Assembly (NCBI GenBank): GCA_016934035.1 | Contig: JAFGTP010000054.1 | Location: forward strand, 14,778-78,777 | DNA length: 64,000 nucleotides | Source of the DNA: Fidelibacterota bacterium | GTDB taxonomy: Bacteria; Fidelibacterota; UBA2242; JAFGTP01 | Direction of reading: 5' to 3' | Notes under the pieces: generated by a model | What the model was told of the DNA's origin: nothing | Databases searched by the model: none | What the model saw: the letters and a program-made list of their open reading frames with translations, nothing else | In this document: in pieces, positions 41,376 to 50,642 of the stretch | Position numbering within the stretch: the first letter of the stretch is position 1 | Layout of the letters: the number at the start of each line of letters is the position of its first letter | Translations under genes and position numbers: made by a program

Positions 41376-44300
41376 TTATTTCATCAGGCTGAAAGTGGCG
41401 ATGTGACCTTCGGTCTTTTTAGAATTGGTGTCATTGGCAGTAATTCTGGCAATGTACATGCCGACCCGGGACATTTCGCCATATTTATTCGTGCCGTCCC
41501 AGTAAACCACACCATCGGCTGCCGTCCGCAGGTTTTCTACCGGTGATGCAATCAGTCTGCCGGTCAGGTCATAGATGTCAATTCTGATATTTGCCGACGG
41601 AAAAGACAAGGTATAGAAAAAACCGACCTCCTCATCTTCTCCGTCTCCATTGGGTGAAAAGGGATTTGGCGAACTTTTCAGGCCGGTCTTTTGTGCGGTT
41701 TCTGTCACGACGACAGAATTGACAATTCCCGGTGTTCCGCCCTTTGGAGAAGTGGAACTGCGCCAGTTGCTGAGAAAATTTTCATTTTCCATATAGATTT
41801 TTTCTTTGGATTCACCCTGAGCGATTTTCCATTCCCCCGAATAAACCAGTGAATCCGTGACGATTCCGGTTGGGTCTGTCAGAAGGATTTTGTCAGCGTC
41901 ATTGTTGAGGGATGGAAATTTTTCCAGAACAACGGTATTGTTGCAGGTTGCGTCAGGAAAATTGAATATGCTTGAATCGCTGGCAATGACAAAATAACTT
42001 TCAGCCGGAAGGGTTTTTCCGGAAATGATGCGATACCGGTCAGCTGAATTTTCATCGGCAATAGTCCAGTTGTGAATATGAACAGACAGGTTTTGCGGGT
42101 TATAAATTTCAATATATTCAGCAATAGAGGTTCCCTGGGATTTGACACTCTTTGGGTAGGCCATAAATTCTGAAATTAAAACATCTTTCGGTCCATAGCT
42201 AATGTCAATGGCGAAGGAAACTGTATCATTATCGATATTTTGGTCTCTGTCCCAATGGATTTGGGCGAGAAACAGGTGATATCCTTTTTCCAGATTGGAA
42301 AGTTCCAGAGACAAAGAATCGATTGTTCGAAAATCCATATCTCTGATTTTCATTGTGCGATAAAGGCTTTTAGAATTAAACCGGACACTGTAGAGATGAA
42401 TTTCAGCATTATCGCTGGGGTCCCGGCCAATATTTTCCAGATACAGTTTAATTTCGAAAAGGGATTCGGTATCTCCCCGGTTTGATGAAATCCACCAATC
42501 AGAAATTTTTAAATCGTACACATAGGGTGAAATGCTGTTAAATTTACCCGGTGTTGCGCCATATTCTGATTGCGATACTTTCCAATAGGATGAATCCGTG
42601 GAGTGATCCGAGGGCAGGATTTTTTCCAGGCTTTTCCCTGATTGAATTTTCCAGTTTTCATGATAACCCAGAGAATCAATCCTTTTTCCGGTCAGGTCTC
42701 TCAGGGAGATAATATCGCCTGAATTATTCATCCCCGGCCAGTCTTCCATTATGATGACCGGGCAATTAAAAGGTGGATAATGGCTGTATATAGAGCTGTC
42801 GTTGGCAAAAACCACATACTGACCGGAGGGGATTAAAATATCGACACTCATCAGGGCCCGCTGCCATGCATTCGAGAGTTCCCAATCCTGAAGTGAAATG
42901 TCAAAATCCGAGGTATTGATGCATTCGATAAATTCCGGATGGCCGGTTTCCGGGGCCGGTAAAAACTCATTAATTACCAGGGCCATTTCTTCAAATTCGA
43001 TTTTCAGGAAGGTCATGCGGCTGTTATCGCCGGCATTTTCCTCGTTGTTTGAAGTTGTCCTAGCAATGTAATGACTGCGGCCGGAGTTTTCTGAAAAAAT
43101 TTTCCCCTGGATTTGTGTGGTTGAATCAGCAGTTAGCGCGGGAATGTTATGAAGCGACCAGACCAACTCGGTTTCATCAGGGAAATTGTTATGATTTTTA
43201 TCATTGTAAATCTCAACTGAATAGGGCTGGCTGGTATAGATGCCATTGTTGCGGATTTCCACGATAAAGGGATTTTCTGTAAAAGCTCGGGTTTTTTCTT
43301 GAAGAAAATAAAAATCCTGAAGGCAAAGATCATAATCATACTTTAAAATTGTATTTCTTTGGCCTGGTGTGCCTCCCAGCGAATCCTGACTGCTGCCCCA
43401 GTTTTCACCGGATATTGCCGGAACATAGGGATTTCTTCTTTCGATTGAAATACCGGAGCTGCCACCCCAGGTTTTTATGTAATATACAGAATCAATCTGG
43501 TGGGCCACAGCGTCCATGATGACCACAGCGTCGGATGTATTGTTCAGAGTAGGAAATCTTTCCGGAAAAATTATGGTCCCGGAAAAATCCGGGTAGCTTT
43601 CAAATATCTCCTCGTTGGAAGCGACGACGGCATAACTCTTTGGCCCAATATATAATACAGTATCCGTGAGGGTTTGACAGGTTGCAGAAATATCTTTAAA
43701 AAGCCAGCTGTTCAGATCGATTTCTTTGCTTCCGGGGTTGAAAAGTTCGATCCATTCTGCCTCTCCGGAGTTAGGAGAATACATGATTTCATTAACGATA
43801 AGTGTGTTGTTTTGATAGCCTGCTTTGATCGTGGTGCTAAATTCATTGTTTTCAATGATATTATCTTTGAGAGCATAGATTTTGGCTTCGACCGGATGGA
43901 CCCCGCCGAGAATTGCATTGACGGGCACTTCATAACGGGTATAATATCCTGCTGCGATGGTTTTCCGAACATTAATATATTTTTCTGAAATCACGATGTT
44001 TTTTGTTAAGTCCCTGTAAACATTGACAGCCAGGTCAAAGTCGGTGATGGTGTTGGAGCCATTGTTGTCAATTTTTAAAATTAAAGTGGCATCCTGGTTT
44101 TCAATGATATTTTCATTTTTTAGATAAATTGTGTCAATCCCGAGGTCAAAATCCTTTAATGCGACGGAATTGGTAAAACCGGGAGTCGATCCGTGTTCGT
44201 CCTTTGACAAACTCCAGTTGAGGAAACTATTGCTGGCCTGTTCCGTGCTTTTTCTTTCAAGGCTGATATTTTTAGCATTTCCCCACTCAGACGAATATTC

Positions 44301-46289
44301 AAGGCTGTCGATATAATTCCCAACAGGGTCCAGCAAAATCAGAGAATCAATGGAATTATTAAGTGTCGGAAAACTGCTGCTTTGGACCAATATTCCATCA
44401 AAATTTTGATAATGGGTTGTAAAGTTTTCACTGCTGGTGATGACAGCAAAGGAGTCTGCCGGAATTTCAATCCCAATTTCCGAGGCAAGATGAACGGTAT
44501 TTTGGGAATCTCTAAATAACCAGTTTTTAATGTTGATCGGTTGACCAGAGGTGTTGGCGATTTCAAACCATTCCGGTTTGCCGGTATCAGGATCATACAT
44601 GATTTCATTGATTACCATTGATTTGCCGGGCCATCCGACTATAAAACGATGGGTATAAATGTTATTTTCGGAATTTTCATCCGGTCCGTAAACAATTTCG
44701 GATTTTAAATAATAAAAACCTGACGCCGGCAGGGGAATCCTTAGAGTGTCACGGATTGACTGGCCCTTTTCAAGGGATCCAAAGGAATGGGTTTCGAGAG
44801 GTAAGTCGGGAAAGGTATCGGATTGCGATAAAAAGAAGTCAACTTTAAAATTTTCTGCCTCTTCTTGGCCAATGTTTTCGAGCATGTATCTAAAATGAGC
44901 GGTATCGCCAGGAAAAAGCTTTGGGTTTGAAATTCCAGAACTATCCGGTTGGATTGCCAGATCATAATTTTTAAGCAAAACAGAATTGGCAAATCCGGGA
45001 GTGCCACCCAGAGGATGGATTGATAATTTCCAGTTTTCTTTTCTGTTGCTCTCAACAACAGGATCATTTTTCTCCAGCGAGATGCCGCGTTCATTTCCCC
45101 AGGCATTGTTATAACTCAGGGAATCGATCACCAGTTGTGACGGGTCCAGGATTTTTATCGAATCTCCGCTGTTGTTGAGGGATGGAATGCCATCTTTTGC
45201 CAGAAAGATATTTTTTTCTTCCTGCCAGAGTTGAAAGTGGCTGGTATCCTCGGCAAAAACAATATAGTTACCTGGTTTAAAATAGAGTGTGTCTTCAGTC
45301 AGCACTTTCCGGGAAGACTGGTCACCGATTTGCCAGTATTGCAGGTTAATGATCTCATCGCTATTATTGAAAAGTTCAATCCATTCCGGTTTACCGCTTT
45401 CCGGAGCATACATGAATTCATTGATCAAAATGGAAGATTTCGGGAAAGGGATTGAAAAATATTTTTGGGACTCATTGTTGGCCGGATTTGGGTCCTGTGC
45501 GGATGAAACTGAGGCAATTATTGAATAGAGTCCCGGCTTTTTTTCATCAAAACTCAGGTCCTGACTGGCAGAGTCCAGAGGCCCCAGTGTTAATTTTACA
45601 GTTTTCCGGGCCTCTTTTGGATCAATTACCCCGTTCAGATTGGCATCAAGTCCTGCCGAAAGCAGCACATCCTTCAGGTTTTTTATGCTTTTATTGGATA
45701 ATGAAATGGTAAAATGGGAGCCATTGTTTGTGATTGTGCTGATGCACAGGTCACCGGAATCCGATACCACCGAGTTGACAGTTCCAGGGGTCCCGAATTC
45801 TGTTTTTGATTCGCTCCATTGCTTTTGAAAGTCATCAAATTCAAGGGAATGATTTTGTCTGATGGATTGAGAAAAAACAACACTGTCTGTTTTGATCTGA
45901 TATTCGTTGAAAAGACAAATTTTAGTTTCCTCGTTTTTCGGCAGACCGAAAGTTTTATTCTTTAAACGAAATAATTTCATGTTACTGGGGATAGTTTGCA
46001 TTTTTGTCATGGTATCAACTGAGTGATTGACAATCATTGCAAATTCCCCCGGTCCAAGAATATATTGAAAATTTTCGGACACCAGTGTATCGGTCGTGGT
46101 ATTAATATTTAAAGAGTAACCAAGAATTGAGACTGCTTCAGGGCTTCGATTGACGATTTCAATAAACCCAATACTTTGGTTTTCCTGATCAGAGAAAAAT
46201 ATTTCATTGAGTTGAATATTCTGAGCAGAAGTCAAAGCCGACAGGACAATTAAGATTAAAAGAATAAGTGATAAATGTTTGTTTTTCAT
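41376..46289 (-). CDS. large secreted protein with six lamin-tail (LTD) domains alternating with CARDB-like Ig domains and a type-B-like CTD
   Basis: Six units of (L/I/V)(N/S)E..Y.P...E(W/F/Y)IE..N...S.E...W..S...TPG..N(S/T); linkers ending D.N..N; C-terminal NPFSPNGDGEDE...IYDLTGR...WDG...GMYI. Confidence 0.8.
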   Translation of the reverse strand: MKNKHLSLILLILIVLSALTSAQNIQLNEIFFSDQENQSIGFIEIVNRSPEAVSILGYSLNINTTTDTLVSENFQYILGPGEFAMIVNHSVDTMTKMQTIPSNMKLFRLKNKTFGLPKNEETKICLFNEYQIKTDSVVFSQSIRQNHSLEFDDFQKQWSESKTEFGTPGTVNSVVSDSGDLCISTITNNGSHFTISLSNKSIKNLKDVLLSAGLDANLNGVIDPKEARKTVKLTLGPLDSASQDLSFDEKKPGLYSIIASVSSAQDPNPANNESQKYFSIPFPKSSILINEFMYAPESGKPEWIELFNNSDEIINLQYWQIGDQSSRKVLTEDTLYFKPGNYIVFAEDTSHFQLWQEEKNIFLAKDGIPSLNNSGDSIKILDPSQLVIDSLSYNNAWGNERGISLEKNDPVVESNRKENWKLSIHPLGGTPGFANSVLLKNYDLAIQPDSSGISNPKLFPGDTAHFRYMLENIGQEEAENFKVDFFLSQSDTFPDLPLETHSFGSLEKGQSIRDTLRIPLPASGFYYLKSEIVYGPDENSENNIYTHRFIVGWPGKSMVINEIMYDPDTGKPEWFEIANTSGQPINIKNWLFRDSQNTVHLASEIGIEIPADSFAVITSSENFTTHYQNFDGILVQSSSFPTLNNSIDSLILLDPVGNYIDSLEYSSEWGNAKNISLERKSTEQASNSFLNWSLSKDEHGSTPGFTNSVALKDFDLGIDTIYLKNENIIENQDATLILKIDNNGSNTITDFDLAVNVYRDLTKNIVISEKYINVRKTIAAGYYTRYEVPVNAILGGVHPVEAKIYALKDNIIENNEFSTTIKAGYQNNTLIVNEIMYSPNSGEAEWIELFNPGSKEIDLNSWLFKDISATCQTLTDTVLYIGPKSYAVVASNEEIFESYPDFSGTIIFPERFPTLNNTSDAVVIMDAVAHQIDSVYYIKTWGGSSGISIERRNPYVPAISGENWGSSQDSLGGTPGQRNTILKYDYDLCLQDFYFLQEKTRAFTENPFIVEIRNNGIYTSQPYSVEIYNDKNHNNFPDETELVWSLHNIPALTADSTTQIQGKIFSENSGRSHYIARTTSNNEENAGDNSRMTFLKIEFEEMALVINEFLPAPETGHPEFIECINTSDFDISLQDWELSNAWQRALMSVDILIPSGQYVVFANDSSIYSHYPPFNCPVIIMEDWPGMNNSGDIISLRDLTGKRIDSLGYHENWKIQSGKSLEKILPSDHSTDSSYWKVSQSEYGATPGKFNSISPYVYDLKISDWWISSNRGDTESLFEIKLYLENIGRDPSDNAEIHLYSVRFNSKSLYRTMKIRDMDFRTIDSLSLELSNLEKGYHLFLAQIHWDRDQNIDNDTVSFAIDISYGPKDVLISEFMAYPKSVKSQGTSIAEYIEIYNPQNLSVHIHNWTIADENSADRYRIISGKTLPAESYFVIASDSSIFNFPDATCNNTVVLEKFPSLNNDADKILLTDPTGIVTDSLVYSGEWKIAQGESKEKIYMENENFLSNWRSSTSPKGGTPGIVNSVVVTETAQKTGLKSSPNPFSPNGDGEDEEVGFFYTLSFPSANIRIDIYDLTGRLIASPVENLRTAADGVVYWDGTNKYGEMSRVGMYIARITANDTNSKKTEGHIATFSLMK

Positions 46290-46499
46290 AGGATTCTTAC
46301 CGCTAATTTGTTTATTTTAGGATATTCATCTTTGATAATCAAGTTTTTTTTACTCCTGAAATTAATATAAAGAGAACGATGATGAAACAACAAAAATTTT
46401 CACTTCGATTAATGTTGGAATCTGATAAAAAATTTTCGGATTATTCCTAAAATTGTTTAATATAGAACCACTGAAGAATATTGTGCCATCCTTGGTTCC

Positions 46500-46515
46500 T
46501 TTGATTCGAATCACA
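46500..46515. promoter_or_regulatory. CRP/FNR-family-like operator in the divergent promoter region
   Basis: TTTGA-TTCGAA-TCACA; contains the perfect 12-bp palindrome TGATTCGAATCA. Confidence 0.45.
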
Positions 46516-46579
46516 ACAACAAAATTTTTGTATATTTAAGTATTGAAGAGTATGCTAACCCAAAAAAAAGAAGTGTGTT

Positions 46580-48346
46580 ATGAAAAAATTTAAAGTAAAA
46601 AAAATTGCAGGAATTGTTTTTCTTGTACTGGTGGTTTCCTTTCAGTGTCTCATGGGGCAACAAGACCAGTATAAAAGAAAATCAATCACTTTTGTAGACT
46701 ATGTCGTTTACAGAGGAGTTAAAGAAAAGGTGACGGCAGATATTGAATATCAGTATCTCAGAAAAATCAAAAACCAGCTCAATCTTGACCGGTTTGATGT
46801 CAATAATGTTCCGGATAAAATTTCCAGAGATATCAGAAACAGGTTAACCGATATGCCGGGTATGGGCAATGATGAAGTTTTAGAGGGTGCCCTTGAGGCT
46901 ATTCTGTTGCCTGAAATTTCAAGAATTTTGGATGTTGAAAAGGAAATCAGGGCCAGGGAATTTGTCGATGAATCCGAAAAAAATTCATTTATTGCGCTGA
47001 AAGCCAAAGAACTGGGGGTCAGTGCCGACCATATGCTGGAAGTGATGAATTCCGCCTACATTTTCTTACCCTACATCAATGAGTTTAAATCCAAAAACCA
47101 TAAAAAAGATGCCGATGACAAAGATGACAAAGACAAGGTAAATGTTGACGTCAAAGGCGGAATCATCCTATATAAAATAAATTACGAAGGGGATTATTCC
47201 ATCAGTAAAGTAGGCGAAGTGTCCAGCTCGGCCTTTGCTTCTGAGACCAAAGGAAAAGATGAATCCTGGAATAATGCTAAAAATAAAGCTTTCATATCCA
47301 CGGCAGAAACGATGGGAACCAATCTAAAAATTGAAATTCAAAAAATGGAAGATTTCCAATTGAGAAGCCAACTGAGAAAGGTCAAAGGACTGCACGTCCA
47401 GTTTCCGCTGGGAAACCGGGAGGGTTTAAAACTTGACCGGCCGTACTGGGTGGGTGAGTGGCGTGAAAATAAAAAAGGTGAACGATATTTCAGAAAAGAT
47501 GGATTTGTCAGGATCGGCAAAGTAGCCGACAACCGCTCTAACCCGGAGGCCCTTTCCGAAGGATATGTCATTCGTAAGGGCAATTGGGCCCGGGGCATGA
47601 CCCTCATCGAACATCCGACCCTGGGAATTGACTTTGCCTTCAAACCACGATTTTTTACAATTGAAATGGATTCGGGATTTTTTGAGGCTGAAGACGAAGA
47701 ATTTGCCATTACTTTCGGCAATAAAAGCAGCAATATTTTTGGTATGGATTTCGATCTCCATCTCAATATTGCAGAGCAGACCCAAAAATTACAAAGTTTT
47801 ATGGTGGTCGGAGGCACGATTTCCTTCCTACCTGTTGATTATATCACCTTTTGGAAAGGAGATCAGAACCCCTGGGATTATTATCAACCGGATGTGGAAG
47901 AGGAGATGGGATTTTTTTACGTCGGTTACATGGGTTATCTGAGAAAAACCTATGTGGGACCCCTTGCGATTCATCGGGAATTTCTAGCCGGCATTCAGGG
48001 GTTCAGTACCGGAGTGGAGTGGGGTGACGAGAGTTATGATCTGAGTACAATCGGTTTTGGAGGAAGGTTCAACCTGGGATTGGAATTGGCCCTGAGTATT
48101 GATTGGAATTTAGGAGTGTTTGCCGGATACAGTTATTTTCCCGAATTGACTGTCTGGACTGCAAAGTTGGATGATGAGGATGTGGAACTGGATAATTGGG
48201 AAGACACTAAATTTCCCAAAATCATCAATCAGGGACCAACTTTTGGTATTTATCTTCACTATTCCATACCTTCTTTTGGTTCCACTTCAACAAAATTAGT
48301 GGAAAAAGCAGCCTCATCAGCTGCCGGAAATTTATTTGGCTTTTAA
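46580..48346 (+). CDS. hypothetical exported protein, probable C-terminal outer-membrane beta-barrel
   Basis: Signal peptide, FlgT-C-like segment VQFPLGNREGLKLD, alternating aromatic beta-strands in the C-terminal half and terminal Phe. Confidence 0.55.
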   Translation: MKKFKVKKIAGIVFLVLVVSFQCLMGQQDQYKRKSITFVDYVVYRGVKEKVTADIEYQYLRKIKNQLNLDRFDVNNVPDKISRDIRNRLTDMPGMGNDEVLEGALEAILLPEISRILDVEKEIRAREFVDESEKNSFIALKAKELGVSADHMLEVMNSAYIFLPYINEFKSKNHKKDADDKDDKDKVNVDVKGGIILYKINYEGDYSISKVGEVSSSAFASETKGKDESWNNAKNKAFISTAETMGTNLKIEIQKMEDFQLRSQLRKVKGLHVQFPLGNREGLKLDRPYWVGEWRENKKGERYFRKDGFVRIGKVADNRSNPEALSEGYVIRKGNWARGMTLIEHPTLGIDFAFKPRFFTIEMDSGFFEAEDEEFAITFGNKSSNIFGMDFDLHLNIAEQTQKLQSFMVVGGTISFLPVDYITFWKGDQNPWDYYQPDVEEEMGFFYVGYMGYLRKTYVGPLAIHREFLAGIQGFSTGVEWGDESYDLSTIGFGGRFNLGLELALSIDWNLGVFAGYSYFPELTVWTAKLDDEDVELDNWEDTKFPKIINQGPTFGIYLHYSIPSFGSTSTKLVEKAASSAAGNLFGF

Positions 48347-48373
48347 AAGCAAGCAGAAATTTTCAAGATCAAG

Positions 48374-48401
48374 ATAGCCACTGATTCAGGTGGCTATTTT
48401 T
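48374..48401 (+). terminator. intrinsic terminator overlapping the rlmN stop codon
   Basis: ATAGCCAC-TGATTCAG-GTGGCTAT followed by TTTT. Confidence 0.7.
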
Positions 48402-49432
48402 GTTTCTGCATATAATTGTCCACAGGCTGCGGCGATGTCTTGTCCTTTACTGCGGCGGACAGTGACTGCGAAGGGGGCTTTGTATAATTTTTTGATAAAC
48501 TTGTTGAGAGTATCTTCATCAGGGGCTAAAAAGGCGCAGTGATTGTTTTCATTATAAGGAATAATATTTAATTTGCAGGGAATTGATCCCAGGAGAGTTT
48601 TAAGTCGCATCGCATCTTCGTTGCTGTCATTGAAATTTTTGACTAAAATGTATTCGAAGGTGACTCTCTGTCCGGACCTTTCTGTATATTTTTGCAGGGA
48701 TTGCATCAGCATTTTCAAAGAATATTTTCTGTTAACGGGAATCATGATGTTCCGTTGCTCATCGTTTGTTCCGTTCAAAGATACCGCCAGTTTGAATTTG
48801 TGGTCTTCACGGGTAAAACGATGGATGCCTGGTACAATTCCACAGGTGGAGAGGGTAATTTTTCGTGCTGAAATCTCTGCACCTGATGGAGAATTGAACA
48901 TTTGGGCTGCTTTGATAACATTGTCATAATTTAAAAAGGGCTCTCCCATTCCCATAAAAACGATATTGGTGACCGGCTGCTCTTCCAGTGAATTGATATA
49001 GGTCAGTTGGTTGACAATTTCAGCGGTAGTCAGGTTTCGCCTGAAACCCATCAGCCCGGTGGCGCAATAGGGGCAGCCTATCGGGCAACCGACCATCGTG
49101 GAAACACACAGGGTAACCCTTCCGTCTTCCTGTTTCATGTAAACTGATTCGATATGCTGTCCGTCTTGAAGTTTAAATAAATATTTGCTGGTTGTATCCA
49201 TTTGGGATTTCATGACGGTGCTGATTTCCAAAACGGAGATATCAAATTCCTGGTTTAATTTGTCTCTCAGAGACTTGGAAATATTTGACATCTCATCAAA
49301 GGATTGGGCGTTTTTTTTGTGCAGCCAGATAAAAATCTGATGGGCCCTGAAATTTTTTTCACCCTTTTGTGCCAGGGCGGTTTTTAACTCATCAAGAGTA
49401 AACTCAAGTATTTGCTGTTTAATTTTATTCAT
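48386..49432 (-). CDS. rlmN: 23S rRNA m2A2503 / tRNA m2A37 radical SAM methyltransferase RlmN
   Basis: C-x3-C-x2-C (GCPIGCPYC), MGMGEP, EY and AACGQL. ATG 49432 chosen. Confidence 0.95.
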   Translation of the reverse strand: MNKIKQQILEFTLDELKTALAQKGEKNFRAHQIFIWLHKKNAQSFDEMSNISKSLRDKLNQEFDISVLEISTVMKSQMDTTSKYLFKLQDGQHIESVYMKQEDGRVTLCVSTMVGCPIGCPYCATGLMGFRRNLTTAEIVNQLTYINSLEEQPVTNIVFMGMGEPFLNYDNVIKAAQMFNSPSGAEISARKITLSTCGIVPGIHRFTREDHKFKLAVSLNGTNDEQRNIMIPVNRKYSLKMLMQSLQKYTERSGQRVTFEYILVKNFNDSNEDAMRLKTLLGSIPCKLNIIPYNENNHCAFLAPDEDTLNKFIKKLYKAPFAVTVRRSKGQDIAAACGQLYAETKIAT

Positions 49433-49736
49433 TTCCAAATATACTGAATTTTTAGAAAATGAAAAACCAAAGCTTATCATTGTACTGAAAGCTGCTGACA
49501 AAATATTTTTGATATTCAAAGATCAATGCATTTTTTCCTATAATAAAATACGATAAATAGAAAAAACGAATCTGATTTTGGAAACATCCCAATGGCAAAG
49601 CGGAAAATTATCCTTGCAAAGAGCTGAATGATCAGGGTATCAACAATAATGAGTGGAAATATTATAAACAAGTTTTTAAAAACGAGATGTAATCCCGATT
49701 TTAGGATGATTAATTGCTTTAAGTTCAAAAATTCTA

Positions 49737-49765
49737 TTGACAGTGCACAAGGAACAAAATAAATT
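49737..49765 (+). promoter_or_regulatory. sigma70 promoter upstream of the barrel/HhH/amidase/mpl/folC run
   Basis: TTGACA-17bp-TAAATT. Confidence 0.65.
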
Positions 49766-49847
49766 ACATTCAACGGTTTAATCACAAGACAAGAAGTGAT
49801 ATTTGATTGGTTATATTCACTTTTGAAAAATTAGTCATGGTAATTTT

Positions 49848-50642
49848 GTGAAAAACAGTATTTGGGTGCTGACCCTTCTTTCCCTGGAACTTTTTGGTGC
49901 TTTTGAACTACAGCAAATCAACAGTGAAATCATCGGTAATGGCGGAATCGTTTCCTTTCATCCTTTTGGCAATAATCCGGCAGTGATCAATACAGATCAT
50001 AAAATTTCTTTTGTTTCAAATTATACCAATTTATTTGGCATAAAAGATTTGCATTGCTGGGACTTTGGCCTGCGCTTTAATCTGAATTTGGACAAGACCC
50101 TTTTTCTTAAAGCCACTTCCATTGGTGACAATATTTACCGGGAAAACACCCTCATTATGGGCTACGGGCATCGATTTTCAATTCCGGTTTCTGTGGGTTT
50201 GTCGATCGCATATTACAACCTTGCCGTAGATCAGTATACTTCACAAAACAGTTTTGGGTTGTCCGGTGGAATCTGTTATTATTTAAATCCTTTTGTGACC
50301 ATGTCAACAGTCTTGGGTAATGTCAACAGACCATCCATTTGTCGAGGAGAAGAAGCACTGCCGGAATTTTTTGCTTTTGGGTTAAAATGGAAGATGACAA
50401 CCTATTGCACGGTCAGCAGTGAATTATTTAAAGATACCCTTTTTCCTTTTAGTGGCCGTTTTGGAATGGAAATCAAACCCTGTAAGGCCCTTTATTTGTT
50501 CTCCGGCTTTCAGATGGGGCCCGACCGGTTTTCAGGAGGAATAGCCTTGGATTTGTTTCATGTCAAATTTGTTTCCAGCATACAGACCCATTTAAAACTT
50601 CCTGAGACCTATTACTTTGGATGTACTTTTCAAATCAAATAA
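49848..50642 (+). CDS. outer-membrane beta-barrel protein, PorV/PorP(SprF)/FadL-like
   Basis: Signal peptide, N-terminal NPA motif (GNNPAV), amphipathic strands and terminal YYFGCTFQIK. Confidence 0.55.
   Translation: MKNSIWVLTLLSLELFGAFELQQINSEIIGNGGIVSFHPFGNNPAVINTDHKISFVSNYTNLFGIKDLHCWDFGLRFNLNLDKTLFLKATSIGDNIYRENTLIMGYGHRFSIPVSVGLSIAYYNLAVDQYTSQNSFGLSGGICYYLNPFVTMSTVLGNVNRPSICRGEEALPEFFAFGLKWKMTTYCTVSSELFKDTLFPFSGRFGMEIKPCKALYLFSGFQMGPDRFSGGIALDLFHVKFVSSIQTHLKLPETYYFGCTFQIK

Noticed and set aside
41376-46289. Tandem DNA repeat or CRISPR-like array in the LTD gene
   Set aside because: Repetition is at the protein-domain level only; nucleotide copies are highly diverged with no fixed repeat-spacer pattern.
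49594-49645. GGCAAA...GAAA...GCAAAG, resembling a c-di-GMP-I riboswitch
   Set aside because: No pairing stem around the GAAA, no GACGCAAAG and no second hairpin with CTAA; it also lies upstream of the predicted promoter.
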